In this document: piece by piece, positions 1 through 10,041 of the stretch
How the letters are laid out: every line of letters begins with the position of its first letter
Position numbering within the stretch: position 1 is the first letter of the stretch
Source of the DNA: Chloroflexi bacterium UBA5189
Lineage (GTDB): Bacteria > Chloroflexota > Limnocylindria > Limnocylindrales > CSP1-4
Reading direction: 5' to 3'
Length of the DNA: 64,000 nucleotides
Assembly (NCBI GenBank): GCA_002413045.1
Contig: DHWF01000026.1
Location: forward strand, 91,354 to 155,353
The notes under the pieces: model-generated
Seen by the model: only the letters and a program-made list of their open reading frames with translations
The model's database searches: none
What the model was told of the DNA's origin: nothing
Translations under genes and position numbers: made by a program

Positions 1-1338
1 GGTGTAGTACTGGCGAACGGTCTGGAGCTGGCCGAGGGTGTCGCCCAACGGCCGGTAGTCCCACAGGCGGGCGTTCTGGAAGGTGGCCGCGTCGGCCGTG
101 ATCTGCGCCTGGGTGAGGGTCGCCTCGCCGCTGTAGTCCGTCGGGGGATCCCAGTTCGTGAGGTTGTAGGCCAGGCGCGTCATCGCGATGTTGTTGGCGA
201 TGTAGGGCGATTCCTGGGCCAGCTGGTTCGGCACGACCGTGAAGCGCTGGACGATCTCCGGGTAGACCGTCCCGATGAGGAACGAGGCCACGAACCAAGT
301 CACGATGACGGCCCCGAGCGGCCGTTTCCAGCGAGTGAAAGCCGCACCAACCAGGAAGGCGGCGGCAAGCGCCGAGAGGATGGTCAGGACGTCGAAGGCG
401 AGGAACTGCGCGTGGGCATCGGTGTAGCTGACACCGACGGCGAAGCCGCGGGTCGAGTACACGAGGTCGTACTTGTCGAGCTGATAGCCCGCCGCCACCG
501 ACAGCAGGAACAGGCTGCCGAGGATCGCGAGATGAACCCGCACCGGCGTCGGCAGGCGCAAGCCAGAGCGCAGGACGCCGACGAGATAGCGGGCCCCGGC
601 CACGAGCAGGCTCATGAGTACGAGGCTGTTGAAGATCCCCTGGACCGCGTGCAGGAACGGCAGCGTGAACAGGAACCACGAGATGTCCTGGCCGAACACC
701 GGATCCGTGACGGCCGCGCCAGTGGGTGCGAACGGGACGCGATGGATCCACAGCAGGACTGTCTCCCAACCGGCGCCCAGGCCGCCGCCGACGGCCAGGG
801 CAGCGAGCACGGAGAAGCCTGCGATGACGTACTTGGCGAGCGGTGTCAGGTCAGGCAGCGCGTCCCGGTCGCTGGAGACCACTCGAGGGCCTGGCCCGAA
901 CCGACCGCCGCCGGCGGGCGACGACGCGGCACGGTTCAGGCGATCGAAGAAGTCGCCCAGCGCAGCCGCCGCGCCAGCATCGGGCGGCGGCGCGAGCCGA
1001 CCGGCCACAACGAGATTGGCGAGGAGCACGATGAGGGTGACGGCAAAGCCGCCCAGGAACAGGCCGCTGGCCGCCCCGACGCGTGTCCAAAGGACCGACT
1101 CGAAGCCGACGCTTCGATACCAAAGGACGTCCGTCCAGAACCCGGCCCCGAACGAGAAGAAGACGAAGACGGCGACAACGATCGCGAGCGCGATCCATGG
1201 CCTGCGCGACCGCCGACCGTCACGCCGTTCGATCACACGCGGTCGAGGTCGCTGCGGTGGCTCCGCGCCTCCCGGACGTTTCCCACCCGCCTGGCGGCGC
1301 TTCAGCTCGTCGAGGAATTCGTCGAAGGCGTCAGGCAC
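1..1338 (-). CDS. UPF0182 family large membrane protein (N-terminal about 446 codons; the gene's 3' end lies beyond the window start)
   Basis: The minus-strand frame is open to the window edge. The translation starts VPDAFDEFLDELKRRQ, followed by a basic stretch, a TM segment (WIALAIVVAVFVFFSF) and WYRSVGFESVLWTRV, typical of actinobacterial UPF0182 proteins. The first in-frame start is a GTG at 1336-1338, just after a stop. GC3 is very high. No plus-strand alternative has family similarity. Confidence 0.55.
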   Translation of the reverse strand, partial: MPDAFDEFLDELKRRQAGGKRPGGAEPPQRPRPRVIERRDGRRSRRPWIALAIVVAVFVFFSFGAGFWTDVLWYRSVGFESVLWTRVGAASGLFLGGFAVTLIVLLANLVVAGRLAPPPDAGAAAALGDFFDRLNRAASSPAGGGRFGPGPRVVSSDRDALPDLTPLAKYVIAGFSVLAALAVGGGLGAGWETVLLWIHRVPFAPTGAAVTDPVFGQDISWFLFTLPFLHAVQGIFNSLVLMSLLVAGARYLVGVLRSGLRLPTPVRVHLAILGSLFLLSVAAGYQLDKYDLVYSTRGFAVGVSYTDAHAQFLAFDVLTILSALAAAFLVGAAFTRWKRPLGAVIVTWFVASFLIGTVYPEIVQRFTVVPNQLAQESPYIANNIAMTRLAYNLTNWDPPTDYSGEATLTQAQITADAATFQNARLWDYRPLGDTLGQLQTVRQYYT

Positions 1339-1399
1339 GCGTTGAGTCTAGGCGGTCGATTGGATGCACCGACGCAGCGGGAGTGGCGGATCGCGTCGC

Positions 1400-2986
1400 T
1401 CAATGCACGCGGGTCTCCAGCCCAACCCAGAACGGCTCCCTGAGCTCGGCCTTGAGGATCTTGCCGGTCCCGCCTTTCGGCAAGGCATCTCGGAACTGGA
1501 CGTCGCGAGGCACCTTGTGGGAGGCCAGGCGGGCCCGGCACCACGCGCGAAGCTCCTTGGCGGTCGCTGACGTGTCCGGTTTCAGCACGACGATCGCGAC
1601 CGGCACCTCGCCTCGTTTGTCGTCGGGGGCTGCCACGACCGCGCTCTCGAGCACGGCTGGATGCGTGCCGAGGACCACCTCGATCTCCACCGAGGAGATG
1701 TTCTCGCCGGCGCTGATGATGATGTCCTTCGAGCGATCCTTGATCAGGATGTATCCGGCGGCGTCGATCGTGGCCATGTCGCCCGTGTGCAGCCAGCCAT
1801 CCCGGATCGTCGAGGCCGTGGCCTCGGGCTCACGGTAGTAGCCGTCCATCACGGTGTTGCCGCGCACGACGATCTCGCCGATCTGCTCGCCGTCGGGCCG
1901 GACATCCGCATCCTCCGCGTCGACGACCCGGATCTGCACCCCGGGGATCGCCCAGCCGGTCATCGCCTGACGCTCGGTGCGGCGCTCGGCCGCTTCGGTG
2001 TCATTCAGGTGGGTCCGCGGCTGGGCGAGGGTGATGATCGGGGACGTCTCGGTCAGCCCATAGCCGACGATCGCCTGGACACCGAGCTCGCTCTCGAGCG
2101 CGCGCACGAGCCTCGGCGAGGCCGGCGAGCCACCGATGATCAGCTGGCTAAGGCTCGACAGGTCGAACCGGGCACGTTCGCGACTGTTGAGGACCGCGTT
2201 GAAGATCGTGGGCACCGCAAGGAGCCGGGTGACCCGGTGTCGTTCGACGAGCGTCATCAGGGCGGTCGGGTCGAAGCGCCGCAGGATCACGTGCTGCCCG
2301 CCGATCATCGTCAGGAAGTGCGGGGTCCCCCAGCCGTTCACGTGGAAGAGCGGCACGACGTGGAGGACGACGTCGTCCTCGGTGAAGGCCAGGCCGATCT
2401 GTGCGGCGAGGCTGTGCAGGTACAGCTCGCGATGGGTCATCGCGACGCCCTTCGGCAAACCGGTCGTGCCGCTGGTGTAGAAGAGCTCGGCGAGCGAGGT
2501 CTCGTCGATGTCGGGATGGCGCGGTTCCGCTGATGCGGAGGCGAGGAGCGCCTCGTACTCGCGGTCAGCCAGGCCACCCGGCTCTCCCTCGAGGACGACG
2601 AAGGTCGGCCGAGTTGCGAGACGCGGCGCGAGCTCCGTGACGAGGTTCGCGAAGTCGCGGTGGTAGAAGACGACCTTCGACGCCGCGTGGTCGAGGATGT
2701 ACGCGATCTCGTGCGGGGCGAGCCGGATGTTGATCGGGTTCAGGACGGCTCCCGCTTCGATGACGCCGTAGTACGCCTCGAGCAGGTGGTGGGTGTTGAA
2801 GGTGATGAACGACACCCGGTCGCCGGCCGTGACTCCCAGCTCGACCAGCGCATTCGCGAGCCGGTGCGTCCGGGTCGCGAAGGTCCGATACGTGAACGTC
2901 TCGTCGCCGTCGATGACACCGACCTTGTCGCCGAAGAACATCTCGGCGCGATCACGAAACTCGAGGACGGACAACGGCACGAACAT
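1400..2986 (-). CDS. AMP-dependent acyl-CoA synthetase/ligase (FadD-like)
   Basis: AMP-binding motifs YTSGTTGLPKGV and GYGLTE are present, with a C-terminal GKILK. The ATG at 2984-2986 is preceded by AGGAGG. The ORF-track start at 3205 is an N-terminal over-extension. Confidence 0.85.
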   Translation of the reverse strand: MFVPLSVLEFRDRAEMFFGDKVGVIDGDETFTYRTFATRTHRLANALVELGVTAGDRVSFITFNTHHLLEAYYGVIEAGAVLNPINIRLAPHEIAYILDHAASKVVFYHRDFANLVTELAPRLATRPTFVVLEGEPGGLADREYEALLASASAEPRHPDIDETSLAELFYTSGTTGLPKGVAMTHRELYLHSLAAQIGLAFTEDDVVLHVVPLFHVNGWGTPHFLTMIGGQHVILRRFDPTALMTLVERHRVTRLLAVPTIFNAVLNSRERARFDLSSLSQLIIGGSPASPRLVRALESELGVQAIVGYGLTETSPIITLAQPRTHLNDTEAAERRTERQAMTGWAIPGVQIRVVDAEDADVRPDGEQIGEIVVRGNTVMDGYYREPEATASTIRDGWLHTGDMATIDAAGYILIKDRSKDIIISAGENISSVEIEVVLGTHPAVLESAVVAAPDDKRGEVPVAIVVLKPDTSATAKELRAWCRARLASHKVPRDVQFRDALPKGGTGKILKAELREPFWVGLETRVH

Positions 2987-3039
2987 CGGCGGCCTCCTGC
3001 CCAGCGCGGTCCCGGTCCGGATAAGGGTAGCGTCGGACT

Positions 3040-4002
3040 GTGGTACCACGATCTCACCTGATGAACGCCCTCGACTGGCTGCTCGACGCCGACCCGGCGA
3101 TTCGCTGGCAAGCGCTCCGCGACCTGACCGATGCGCCGGCCGACCAGGTCGCGGCCGAGCGCGCCCGCGTTGCCGTGGAGGGCTGGGGCGCCCAGCTGCT
3201 GGCAATGCGGCGCGACGACGGGCAGTGGGACATCGGCAAGGCGGACACCGAGTGGATCACGCTGCTCGCCCTCGGCCTGCTCCGCGACATGGGCCTCGAC
3301 CCGACCTGCGACGAGGCGCGCGCCGCGATTGACCTCGTCCGCCACGTGCCCTGGCACAACCCGTGGGCAGAGTGGGACGGGCAGCGCGTATTCGACGGTG
3401 AGGTCGAGCCGTGCATCAACGGGCGCATCGTGGCGATCGGGGCGTACTTCGGGCTGGACGTCACCGCGGTCGTAAAGCGGCTGCTCGGCGAGCAGATGGC
3501 CGATGGCGGATGGAACTGCGAGCAGGAGAACGGCTCGACGCGTGGCTCGTTCCACACGACGATCAACGTCCTCGAGGGCCTGCTTCAGCACGAGCGCGCC
3601 GGCGGCGGCTCCGACAAGCTCACGACCGCCACGGCGCGTGGGCAGGTATACCTCCTCGAGCGGGGGCTGCTGCGCCGGCTGTCGACCGGCGGTCTGATCG
3701 ACCCTGAATTCAGCCGGTTCTCGTACCCGACCGGCTGGCACTACGACGTGCTCCGCGGGCTGGACTACCTCCGCGACGCGGCCGTGCCACCGGACCCGCG
3801 CCTCGCCGAGGCGATCGAAGTGGTCAGGGCCAAGGAGGACGACGACGGCCGCTGGCCGCTCGAGAATCCACACGAGAGCGAGATGGTCAACGCCCGCGTT
3901 CGCGATCTCGGGTTCGACATGGACGAGGGCGAGGGCCGCCCGAGCCGCTGGAACACGCTGCGCGCCATGCGCGTGCTGGCGTGGTTCGAGCGCGGCGGGT
4001 AG
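3040..4002 (+). CDS. prenyltransferase/squalene-oxidase repeat (alpha-alpha toroid) protein
   Basis: There are three QxxDGxW-type repeats (RRDDGQWD, MADGGWNCEQ, EDDDGRWPLE). The 320 aa product is much shorter than squalene-hopene cyclases. The start could instead be at 3061 (MNALDWLL). Confidence 0.55.
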   Translation: MVPRSHLMNALDWLLDADPAIRWQALRDLTDAPADQVAAERARVAVEGWGAQLLAMRRDDGQWDIGKADTEWITLLALGLLRDMGLDPTCDEARAAIDLVRHVPWHNPWAEWDGQRVFDGEVEPCINGRIVAIGAYFGLDVTAVVKRLLGEQMADGGWNCEQENGSTRGSFHTTINVLEGLLQHERAGGGSDKLTTATARGQVYLLERGLLRRLSTGGLIDPEFSRFSYPTGWHYDVLRGLDYLRDAAVPPDPRLAEAIEVVRAKEDDDGRWPLENPHESEMVNARVRDLGFDMDEGEGRPSRWNTLRAMRVLAWFERGG

Positions 4003-4005
4003 CGA

Positions 4006-4533
4006 TTGGACCACGCGGACCACGTCCGGCTGATCCGGGAGGGCGTCAGCGGCGGCGGCTCCACGTGGGCCGACCTCGGGTCGGGCGAGGGCGCGTTCAC
4101 GCTGGCGCTCGCGGACCTGCTCGGCCCGGGCGGGTCGATCCACACCGTCGATCGTGATCGCGGCGCGCTCGAGGTGCAGCTCCGGCGCCTCGAAACCGCG
4201 TTCCCCGCCGTGCGAATCACCCCGATCGCCGCCGACTTCACCGCGCCCATCGAGCTGCCGTCACTCGACGGGATCTTGATGGCCAACTCGCTCCATTTCG
4301 TGCGCGACAAGGCGCCGGTGCTCGCGCTCGTCCTCGGGTACCTGCGGCCGGGCGGCCGCCTCGTCCTCGTCGAGTACGGCGCGGACCACGGCAACCCGTA
4401 TGTCCCCTACCCACTCTCGTTCGTGACGTGGTCGAGCGTCGCCGTGGCAGCGGGCTTTCGCGACACCCGGCAGCTGGCGACCGTGCCAAGCCGGTTCCTC
4501 GGGTCGATCTATTCGGCGCTCAGCCTGCGGTAA
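4006..4533 (+). CDS. class I SAM-dependent methyltransferase
   Basis: A glycine-rich SAM motif (DLGSGEGAFTLALADLL) and an acidic loop (VDRD) are present. The TTG start lies 3 nt after the upstream stop, indicating translational coupling. Confidence 0.6.
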   Translation: MDHADHVRLIREGVSGGGSTWADLGSGEGAFTLALADLLGPGGSIHTVDRDRGALEVQLRRLETAFPAVRITPIAADFTAPIELPSLDGILMANSLHFVRDKAPVLALVLGYLRPGGRLVLVEYGADHGNPYVPYPLSFVTWSSVAVAAGFRDTRQLATVPSRFLGSIYSALSLR

Positions 4534-4553
4534 CGGCGGGTTCCCCGGAGCAG

Positions 4554-5060
4554 CTACGCCCCGAGGCCCTCCTCCTCGCCATACGCCCACAGGTCGAGGG
4601 CGTCGAGATCGATCGCATCGAGGCCGTTCGTCGACAAGGCGCCCGCGATTTGCGCCCGATGCTCCGTCGCGTGATGGATTGCCTGGCCGAGGACGGTGGA
4701 ACGGGCGCGCGGGATCTCGCCCGTGTTTGCGTAGGCCGCCGTGCCCTCGGGGAGCGCCGCCTGTGCGAGGAGCTGCGCGTCGTAGCCGGCGCACCGCTCT
4801 GCGAGCGCGGGGAGCGCCGCGGCAGTCGTCGGTGGCTGCGTCTGCGGCAGGCGGGGCCTGCCATCGAGTCGCGCGGCGTATCCGCCGGCAGCCGACACGA
4901 GGTGATTCATGATTCGGGCGACGGTCCATTCGTTCCGCGGCGACGCGAGAGCCAACACTGAATCCGGTAGCTGCGCGAGGGTCGTGATCAGCGTCGCGTT
5001 CGCCCACGCCATGTGCCGCAGCAATCGGTCCAGGGTGGGATCCGGGGTCGGGTCGCTCAT
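4554..5060 (-). CDS. DinB/YfiT-like (DinB_2) family metal-dependent protein
   Basis: The N-terminus (LDRLLRHMAWANATLITTL) and histidine motifs (NHLVSAAGGY, HHATEHRAQI) are typical of DinB_2 four-helix bundle proteins. Confidence 0.65.
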   Translation of the reverse strand: MSDPTPDPTLDRLLRHMAWANATLITTLAQLPDSVLALASPRNEWTVARIMNHLVSAAGGYAARLDGRPRLPQTQPPTTAAALPALAERCAGYDAQLLAQAALPEGTAAYANTGEIPRARSTVLGQAIHHATEHRAQIAGALSTNGLDAIDLDALDLWAYGEEEGLGA

Positions 5061-5136
5061 CGCCTGATCGGGCCTCCGAGGTCATTGGTCAACCTCGGCA
5101 CGGTACTACGCGAGCGCCGCGAAGCGATGTCCGAAG

Positions 5137-7119
5137 TCAGCCCTGGACGAGCCGCAGGAACGTGTCGATGTCGATGCGCGGGTGTCCCGATGTCGCCCGG
5201 TTGACGATCTTGATCGAGTGCGCACCGTTCGTCGCCCAGTTGTAGGCGAAGACGATCTGGCGCGCGTGATAGGAGCTTGCGTACAGGCTGATCGTGCCCT
5301 TGTAGACGCCGTCGATGTAGACGGACGCGGAGCCGCGGCCCAAGCCCGTCGGCGCGACCCAGGCGATGCTGGACCCGGTGAAGGAGAGCTTCACCCAGGC
5401 CCCACTGCCATAGGCGTACTTCTCGCTCCCGCCGGATGCCGATGCAACCGACGACGAGTGCCACGTCCCGCCGTACGTCACGCTCGAGCTCGACTGCTGG
5501 GTCAGCACCGCCGTGACGGTCGGACCGACCGTCCAGTCGCTCGTGTTCGCGGCGCCATCCGTCGCGCGCACCTGATAGGCGTACTTCGTGCCGATGGCGA
5601 GCGTCTGCGTCACCCAGGTCGTCGTCGGCGTCAGCAGACCGAAGCTCGTCCACGCTCCGCCGGCGGCGCTTCGCTGAAGCTCGTCCTGGATCACGCCGCT
5701 TGGATCCGTGGCGGTCCATGCCGTGCGGACCGGAGCGCCGGTCGTCCACAGCGTCGAGCGGAAGTACAGCCTGGGCATGGGCGCGGAGACGGTCGGTGGC
5801 GCTGCGTCCGTCACCACGAGCGTCGCGGTGGTCGTGCGCGTCATCCCGTCCGCCGTGCCGGTGACGACGAGCGGGTAGCTGCCGGCGGCAGGGGCCGAGA
5901 CACCGCCGGCCGCATTGATGCTGAGGGTCGCGGTCGACCCGGCGTTGGTCGCTGGATCGAGCGAGGCCTGGGCGCCGGACGGCAGCCCGGTGACCTGGAG
6001 GTCGATCGGGAGCGTGAAGAACGTCCGCTGGATGGGGATGGTGAACTGGGTGGCGGCGCCCTGTTCGACCGACTGCTGCGTCGGACTGGTCCCGACCTGG
6101 AAGTCCGCGCCGACCGTAACCGGCGTGAGGTCGAGGCCGTTGTATCGATCGAGGTCAACGCAGCCGCTGATGCCGGGGACGGTGCCGCAGTCGTCGTACT
6201 GCCAGAACGTCCAGCCGTGCCCGCCCCAGTTGTTGGCCGGCACGGACGGCGCGCTGACGAACCAGTGGGCGATCCACAGGACCGTGTAGCCCTCGTTCGC
6301 GAACATCGCCGTGTTGTTCAGCGCCGTATGCCAGAACGATGGGCTCGTGTAGATCATCGGGCGGACGCCGGTCTTCAGGTAGACCTCGTCGAGCCACGCG
6401 CCGACCCAGGCCTGGAGCGCCGTCGGGGACATGCTGCCGGCCCGTTCGAGGTCGAGGGCTGGAACGATCATGCCGGGCGCGAGCGCGAGCTGGCTGACGA
6501 ACCAATCGGCCTCCTGGACGGGTTTTGTCGGGTTGCCGTCCGGGCGGGCGAAGTGGTAGCCCGTGACCTTGAGGCCTGCCGCGGTGGCGTTCGCCAGGTT
6601 CTTCGTCCAGCTCGGATCCGTATAGCCGATGCCCTCGGTGGCCTTGGCGATGACGAAGCTCTTCCCCGCCGCCGCGACCTGCGCGTAGTTGATGGTCCCC
6701 TGGTAATGGGAGACATCGACGCCCTCGAGCCAGGTCGGGGCAACGACCTGGGCGTGGAAGAGGCCGCTCGCGGCATAGACGTGGCCGACGCCGTACAGGC
6801 TGCTTACGCTCGTGCCACCGACCGTCGTGACGGCAAGCCACGTGCTGCCCGAGACGCTCGTGCCGCAGACGGCCGACCACGGATCGCCGCTGACCGTCGC
6901 GTCGGCGACGACGACAGTGCCAGTCGGGATCAGCGCAACCACGGTCGCCGAAGTGGACGCCGTCGTCCGCAGATTGACGTCGCAGTTCGCGACATAGCCG
7001 CTGGAGCTTGCGGCGACGACCGGGGCGAAGGTCGAGATCGCGACGAGCGCGCCCAGCCACGCGACCGCGAGGCCGGCGATGGAGCGGCGGCGAGCACGCG
7101 TCTGGCGCGGCATCGGCAT
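5137..7119 (-). CDS. secreted GH25 muramidase (lysozyme) with an N-terminal SH3b-like module and C-terminal FN3-like/beta modules
   Basis: The GH25 signature is VDVSHYQGTINYAQVAAAGKSFVIAKATEG...GYHFARPD. A signal peptide (MPMPRQTRARRRSIAGLAVAWLGALVA) begins at the ATG at 7119. The ORF-track start at 7644 is an over-extension. Confidence 0.8.
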   Translation of the reverse strand: MPMPRQTRARRRSIAGLAVAWLGALVAISTFAPVVAASSSGYVANCDVNLRTTASTSATVVALIPTGTVVVADATVSGDPWSAVCGTSVSGSTWLAVTTVGGTSVSSLYGVGHVYAASGLFHAQVVAPTWLEGVDVSHYQGTINYAQVAAAGKSFVIAKATEGIGYTDPSWTKNLANATAAGLKVTGYHFARPDGNPTKPVQEADWFVSQLALAPGMIVPALDLERAGSMSPTALQAWVGAWLDEVYLKTGVRPMIYTSPSFWHTALNNTAMFANEGYTVLWIAHWFVSAPSVPANNWGGHGWTFWQYDDCGTVPGISGCVDLDRYNGLDLTPVTVGADFQVGTSPTQQSVEQGAATQFTIPIQRTFFTLPIDLQVTGLPSGAQASLDPATNAGSTATLSINAAGGVSAPAAGSYPLVVTGTADGMTRTTTATLVVTDAAPPTVSAPMPRLYFRSTLWTTGAPVRTAWTATDPSGVIQDELQRSAAGGAWTSFGLLTPTTTWVTQTLAIGTKYAYQVRATDGAANTSDWTVGPTVTAVLTQQSSSSVTYGGTWHSSSVASASGGSEKYAYGSGAWVKLSFTGSSIAWVAPTGLGRGSASVYIDGVYKGTISLYASSYHARQIVFAYNWATNGAHSIKIVNRATSGHPRIDIDTFLRLVQG

Positions 7120-7231
7120 CGTGTCTCGCAATCCGTGTGAGCTGGGTTGGGTGTCGGGTCGACCTGGCCGGATCCTAGGCGCGCTCGCGCTCGATTTCCG
7201 TAGGCCGTCTGTCCTACTCGACGCCCGACTG

Positions 7232-7251
7232 TTGGTGTCCGGAAGCACCAA
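7232..7251. promoter_or_regulatory. palindromic element TTGGTG-N8-CACCAA in the divergent promoter region
   Basis: Seen in sequence between the muramidase start (7119, minus) and the secreted-protein start (7330, plus). The TCCGGA core is itself palindromic. Confidence 0.3.
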
Positions 7252-7329
7252 AAACCTGTCGCACCCTTCCATGGTTGTGCGAGCATGTCGCTCGGCAATC
7301 GCCCAACCTGCCAGGGGGAGATCCACACG

Positions 7330-10017
7330 ATGACCACGACCCGGAGCCTGCCGCGCACCCTCCTCGCCATGTTCGCGGTGGCGGGCCTCCTCGCAGCCGC
7401 GATCCTCGCTGCGAATCAGGCCCCCAAGGGTCCCGAGCTCGCGGCCGGCGGCAATCACGCCCAGGTCTCCGCGGCGGATTCCGCGAATGGCCCCGTGGCG
7501 ATGGGCAACGGCGTGTTCATGGGCGGCGCCCTCAAGCACGACACGTCGAAGGACCTCCGCTCGACGCCGGCCGACCCGGTTCGCGCGCTCGAGGCGGACG
7601 ACGAAGGTGACCAGGACGGCGGCGACGCCGGCGCGACGCCGCATGGCATCGACACGGTCGTCCAGGCGACGCTCGCCACCCCGGCGATGCCGGGCACCAG
7701 CAAGAACTTCGAGGGGATCGGCTTCCCCGGCGTCGCCTGCAACTGTGCGCCGCCCGACACGAACGGCGAAGTCGGCCTCACCCAGTACGTCCAGATCGTG
7801 AACGAGGGCTACCAGGTCTGGGACAAGAGCACGGGTGTGTCAGTGCTCGGCCCCGTGGGCATCTCCACGATCTGGAACGGCTTCGGCGGCGTCTGCCAGT
7901 CCAACGGTGAGGGCGATCCGGTGGTCCTGTACGACCAGCTCGCCAACCGCTGGCTGGTCAGCCAGTTCGCGGGGACGAGCCAGCCCACCGACGAGTGCAT
8001 CGCGATCTCGCAGACCAGCGACGCGACCGGCGCCTATTACCGATACGACTTCAATCTCGGGTCGAACTTCTTCGACTACCCGCACCTGTCGGTCTGGCCG
8101 GATGGCTACTACATGAGCGACACCGTCTTCAACTCGAGCGGGACCCTGTTCCTCGGCGCGCAGCCGTTCGTCTTCGACCGCGCGCGCATGCTGCAGGGCC
8201 TCTCGGCCACGGTGCAGACGCGGGCTCCGCTCGGGGGCGCCAGCGATGCGATGCTGCCCGCCGACGTCGAGGGCTCCACTCCGCCGCCGGTCGGCGCCCC
8301 GGAGACGTTCGTCGCCTTCCCGGGGACCGGCAGCTACACGACATTCCACTACCACGTCGACTGGGTCACGCCGGGCAACACGACGTGGTCGACCTTCGCG
8401 ACGCCCGCGGCGGCGCCGTTCACACAGCTCTGTACGTCCACCCGGAACTGCGTCCCGCAGCTCGGCTCGTCGGCGAACCTCGATGGCCTCGCCGATCGCC
8501 CGATGTTCCGGCTCACCTACCGCAACTTCGGTGACCATGAGTCGGTGGTCGGCAACTTCACCGTGAGCTCCGGCGGCGTCGCCGGCATCCGCTGGTTCGA
8601 GCTTCGGAACGTCACCAGCGGCCCGGAGACGGTCTTCCAGCAGAGCACGTACCAGCCGGATTCCACGTGGCGCTGGATGGGCAGCGCGGCGATGGACCAC
8701 AACGGCGACATCGCCCTCGGGTTCAGCGCCTCGAGCAGCGCGATCAACCCGCAGCTCCGCTACGCCGGGCGCCTCGCGACTGACCCGCTCAACTCGCTCG
8801 CCCAGGGCGAGGCGACGCTCTTCTCCGGCACCGGCAGCCAGACCGGCACCAGCAACCGCTGGGGCGACTACTCGGACATGACCGTCGACCCGGTCGACGA
8901 CTGCACCTTCTGGTTCACCTCCGAGTACTACACCGTGACGACCTCCTTCAGCTGGCATACGCGGATCGGCTCGTTCACGATGCCCGGCTGCGGCGGCTCT
9001 CCGACCACCGGCTCGATTGCGGGCCAGGTGACCGATTCGGTGTCGCACACCGCGATCGCCGGTGCAACGGTGACCCTGTCGCCAGGCAGCTCGACCACCA
9101 CGGACGGGTCAGGCAATTACTCGTTCTCGAACCTGACGCCGCAGGGCTACACGGTTACGGCGTCGGCCGCAGGTCACACGACCAGCGGGCCCGCAAGCGT
9201 CACCGTGACCGCCGGCAACACGACGACGCAGGACTTCGCCCTCGTCCCAACGACGGGTGGAATCTCAGGCCACGTTACCAACGCGTCGGGCGGCGCGCCG
9301 ATCTCCGGGGCAACGGTCTCCATCCAGGGCGGCTCCTCGACCTCCAGCGACGCCACGGGCCTGTATACGTTCTCCGGTCTCGCGCCGGCGTCGTACACCC
9401 TGACCGCGTCGAAGACCGGGTTCGTCACGAGCGCCCCAACGAACGTCAGCGTGACCGGCGGCAACACGACGACCCAGGACTTCGCGCTCACGGCCATCGG
9501 GACCCAGGCCACCGGCTACTTCTGGGTCCTGTCGTCGGTCGCCGGGAGCGGCGGCGACGGCAACGGCTACGAGACCGCCCGAACGTCCCTCGTGGCCGCG
9601 CCCGACGGCGCGTTCGCATCCGACGTCAACAGCGGCTCCGGGTCGGGCTCGACCTGCACCAGCACCAACCGGGACTCGGAGGTGGCCTCGTACAACGTGC
9701 CGAGCGTGGGCACGACGATCGTCGGGATCCAGGTCCAGCTCGTCGCAAAGGCGAACTCGACCAAGAACGCGCCGAAGATCTGCGTCCAGCTGTCGTGGGA
9801 CGGCGGGCTCACGTGGACCACCGGCAAGGCGACGGCGAACCTGACGACGACCGGCGTGACCTACACCCTTGGGTCGGCCTCCGACACCTGGGGTCACGCC
9901 TGGACGGCCGTTCAGCTGTCGTCGTCGAGCTTCAAGGTCCGGGTCATCGACCTCGCCAGCGTCAAGACCCGAACGTTCCTGCTCGACTCGATAGGGGTGA
10001 ACGTCACCTATCAGTAG
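7330..10017 (+). CDS. large secreted protein with three CarboxypepD_reg-like domains and an uncharacterised Cys-containing N-terminal domain
   Basis: A signal peptide ([28 protein letters not shown]) is followed by three tandem about 85 aa repeats (GSIAGQVTD...[17 protein letters not shown]..., repeat 3). GGGGGAG lies 7 nt upstream of the ATG at 7330. Confidence 0.7.
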   Translation: MTTTRSLPRTLLAMFAVAGLLAAAILAANQAPKGPELAAGGNHAQVSAADSANGPVAMGNGVFMGGALKHDTSKDLRSTPADPVRALEADDEGDQDGGDAGATPHGIDTVVQATLATPAMPGTSKNFEGIGFPGVACNCAPPDTNGEVGLTQYVQIVNEGYQVWDKSTGVSVLGPVGISTIWNGFGGVCQSNGEGDPVVLYDQLANRWLVSQFAGTSQPTDECIAISQTSDATGAYYRYDFNLGSNFFDYPHLSVWPDGYYMSDTVFNSSGTLFLGAQPFVFDRARMLQGLSATVQTRAPLGGASDAMLPADVEGSTPPPVGAPETFVAFPGTGSYTTFHYHVDWVTPGNTTWSTFATPAAAPFTQLCTSTRNCVPQLGSSANLDGLADRPMFRLTYRNFGDHESVVGNFTVSSGGVAGIRWFELRNVTSGPETVFQQSTYQPDSTWRWMGSAAMDHNGDIALGFSASSSAINPQLRYAGRLATDPLNSLAQGEATLFSGTGSQTGTSNRWGDYSDMTVDPVDDCTFWFTSEYYTVTTSFSWHTRIGSFTMPGCGGSPTTGSIAGQVTDSVSHTAIAGATVTLSPGSSTTTDGSGNYSFSNLTPQGYTVTASAAGHTTSGPASVTVTAGNTTTQDFALVPTTGGISGHVTNASGGAPISGATVSIQGGSSTSSDATGLYTFSGLAPASYTLTASKTGFVTSAPTNVSVTGGNTTTQDFALTAIGTQATGYFWVLSSVAGSGGDGNGYETARTSLVAAPDGAFASDVNSGSGSGSTCTSTNRDSEVASYNVPSVGTTIVGIQVQLVAKANSTKNAPKICVQLSWDGGLTWTTGKATANLTTTGVTYTLGSASDTWGHAWTAVQLSSSSFKVRVIDLASVKTRTFLLDSIGVNVTYQ

Positions 10018-10041
10018 GACCGGAGTCGCTCCTCGGCGGGG

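Noticed and set aside
5182-7140. 652-aa plus-strand ORF opposite the GH25 muramidase
   Set aside because: Shadow ORF. GH25 motifs occur only in the minus-strand frame.
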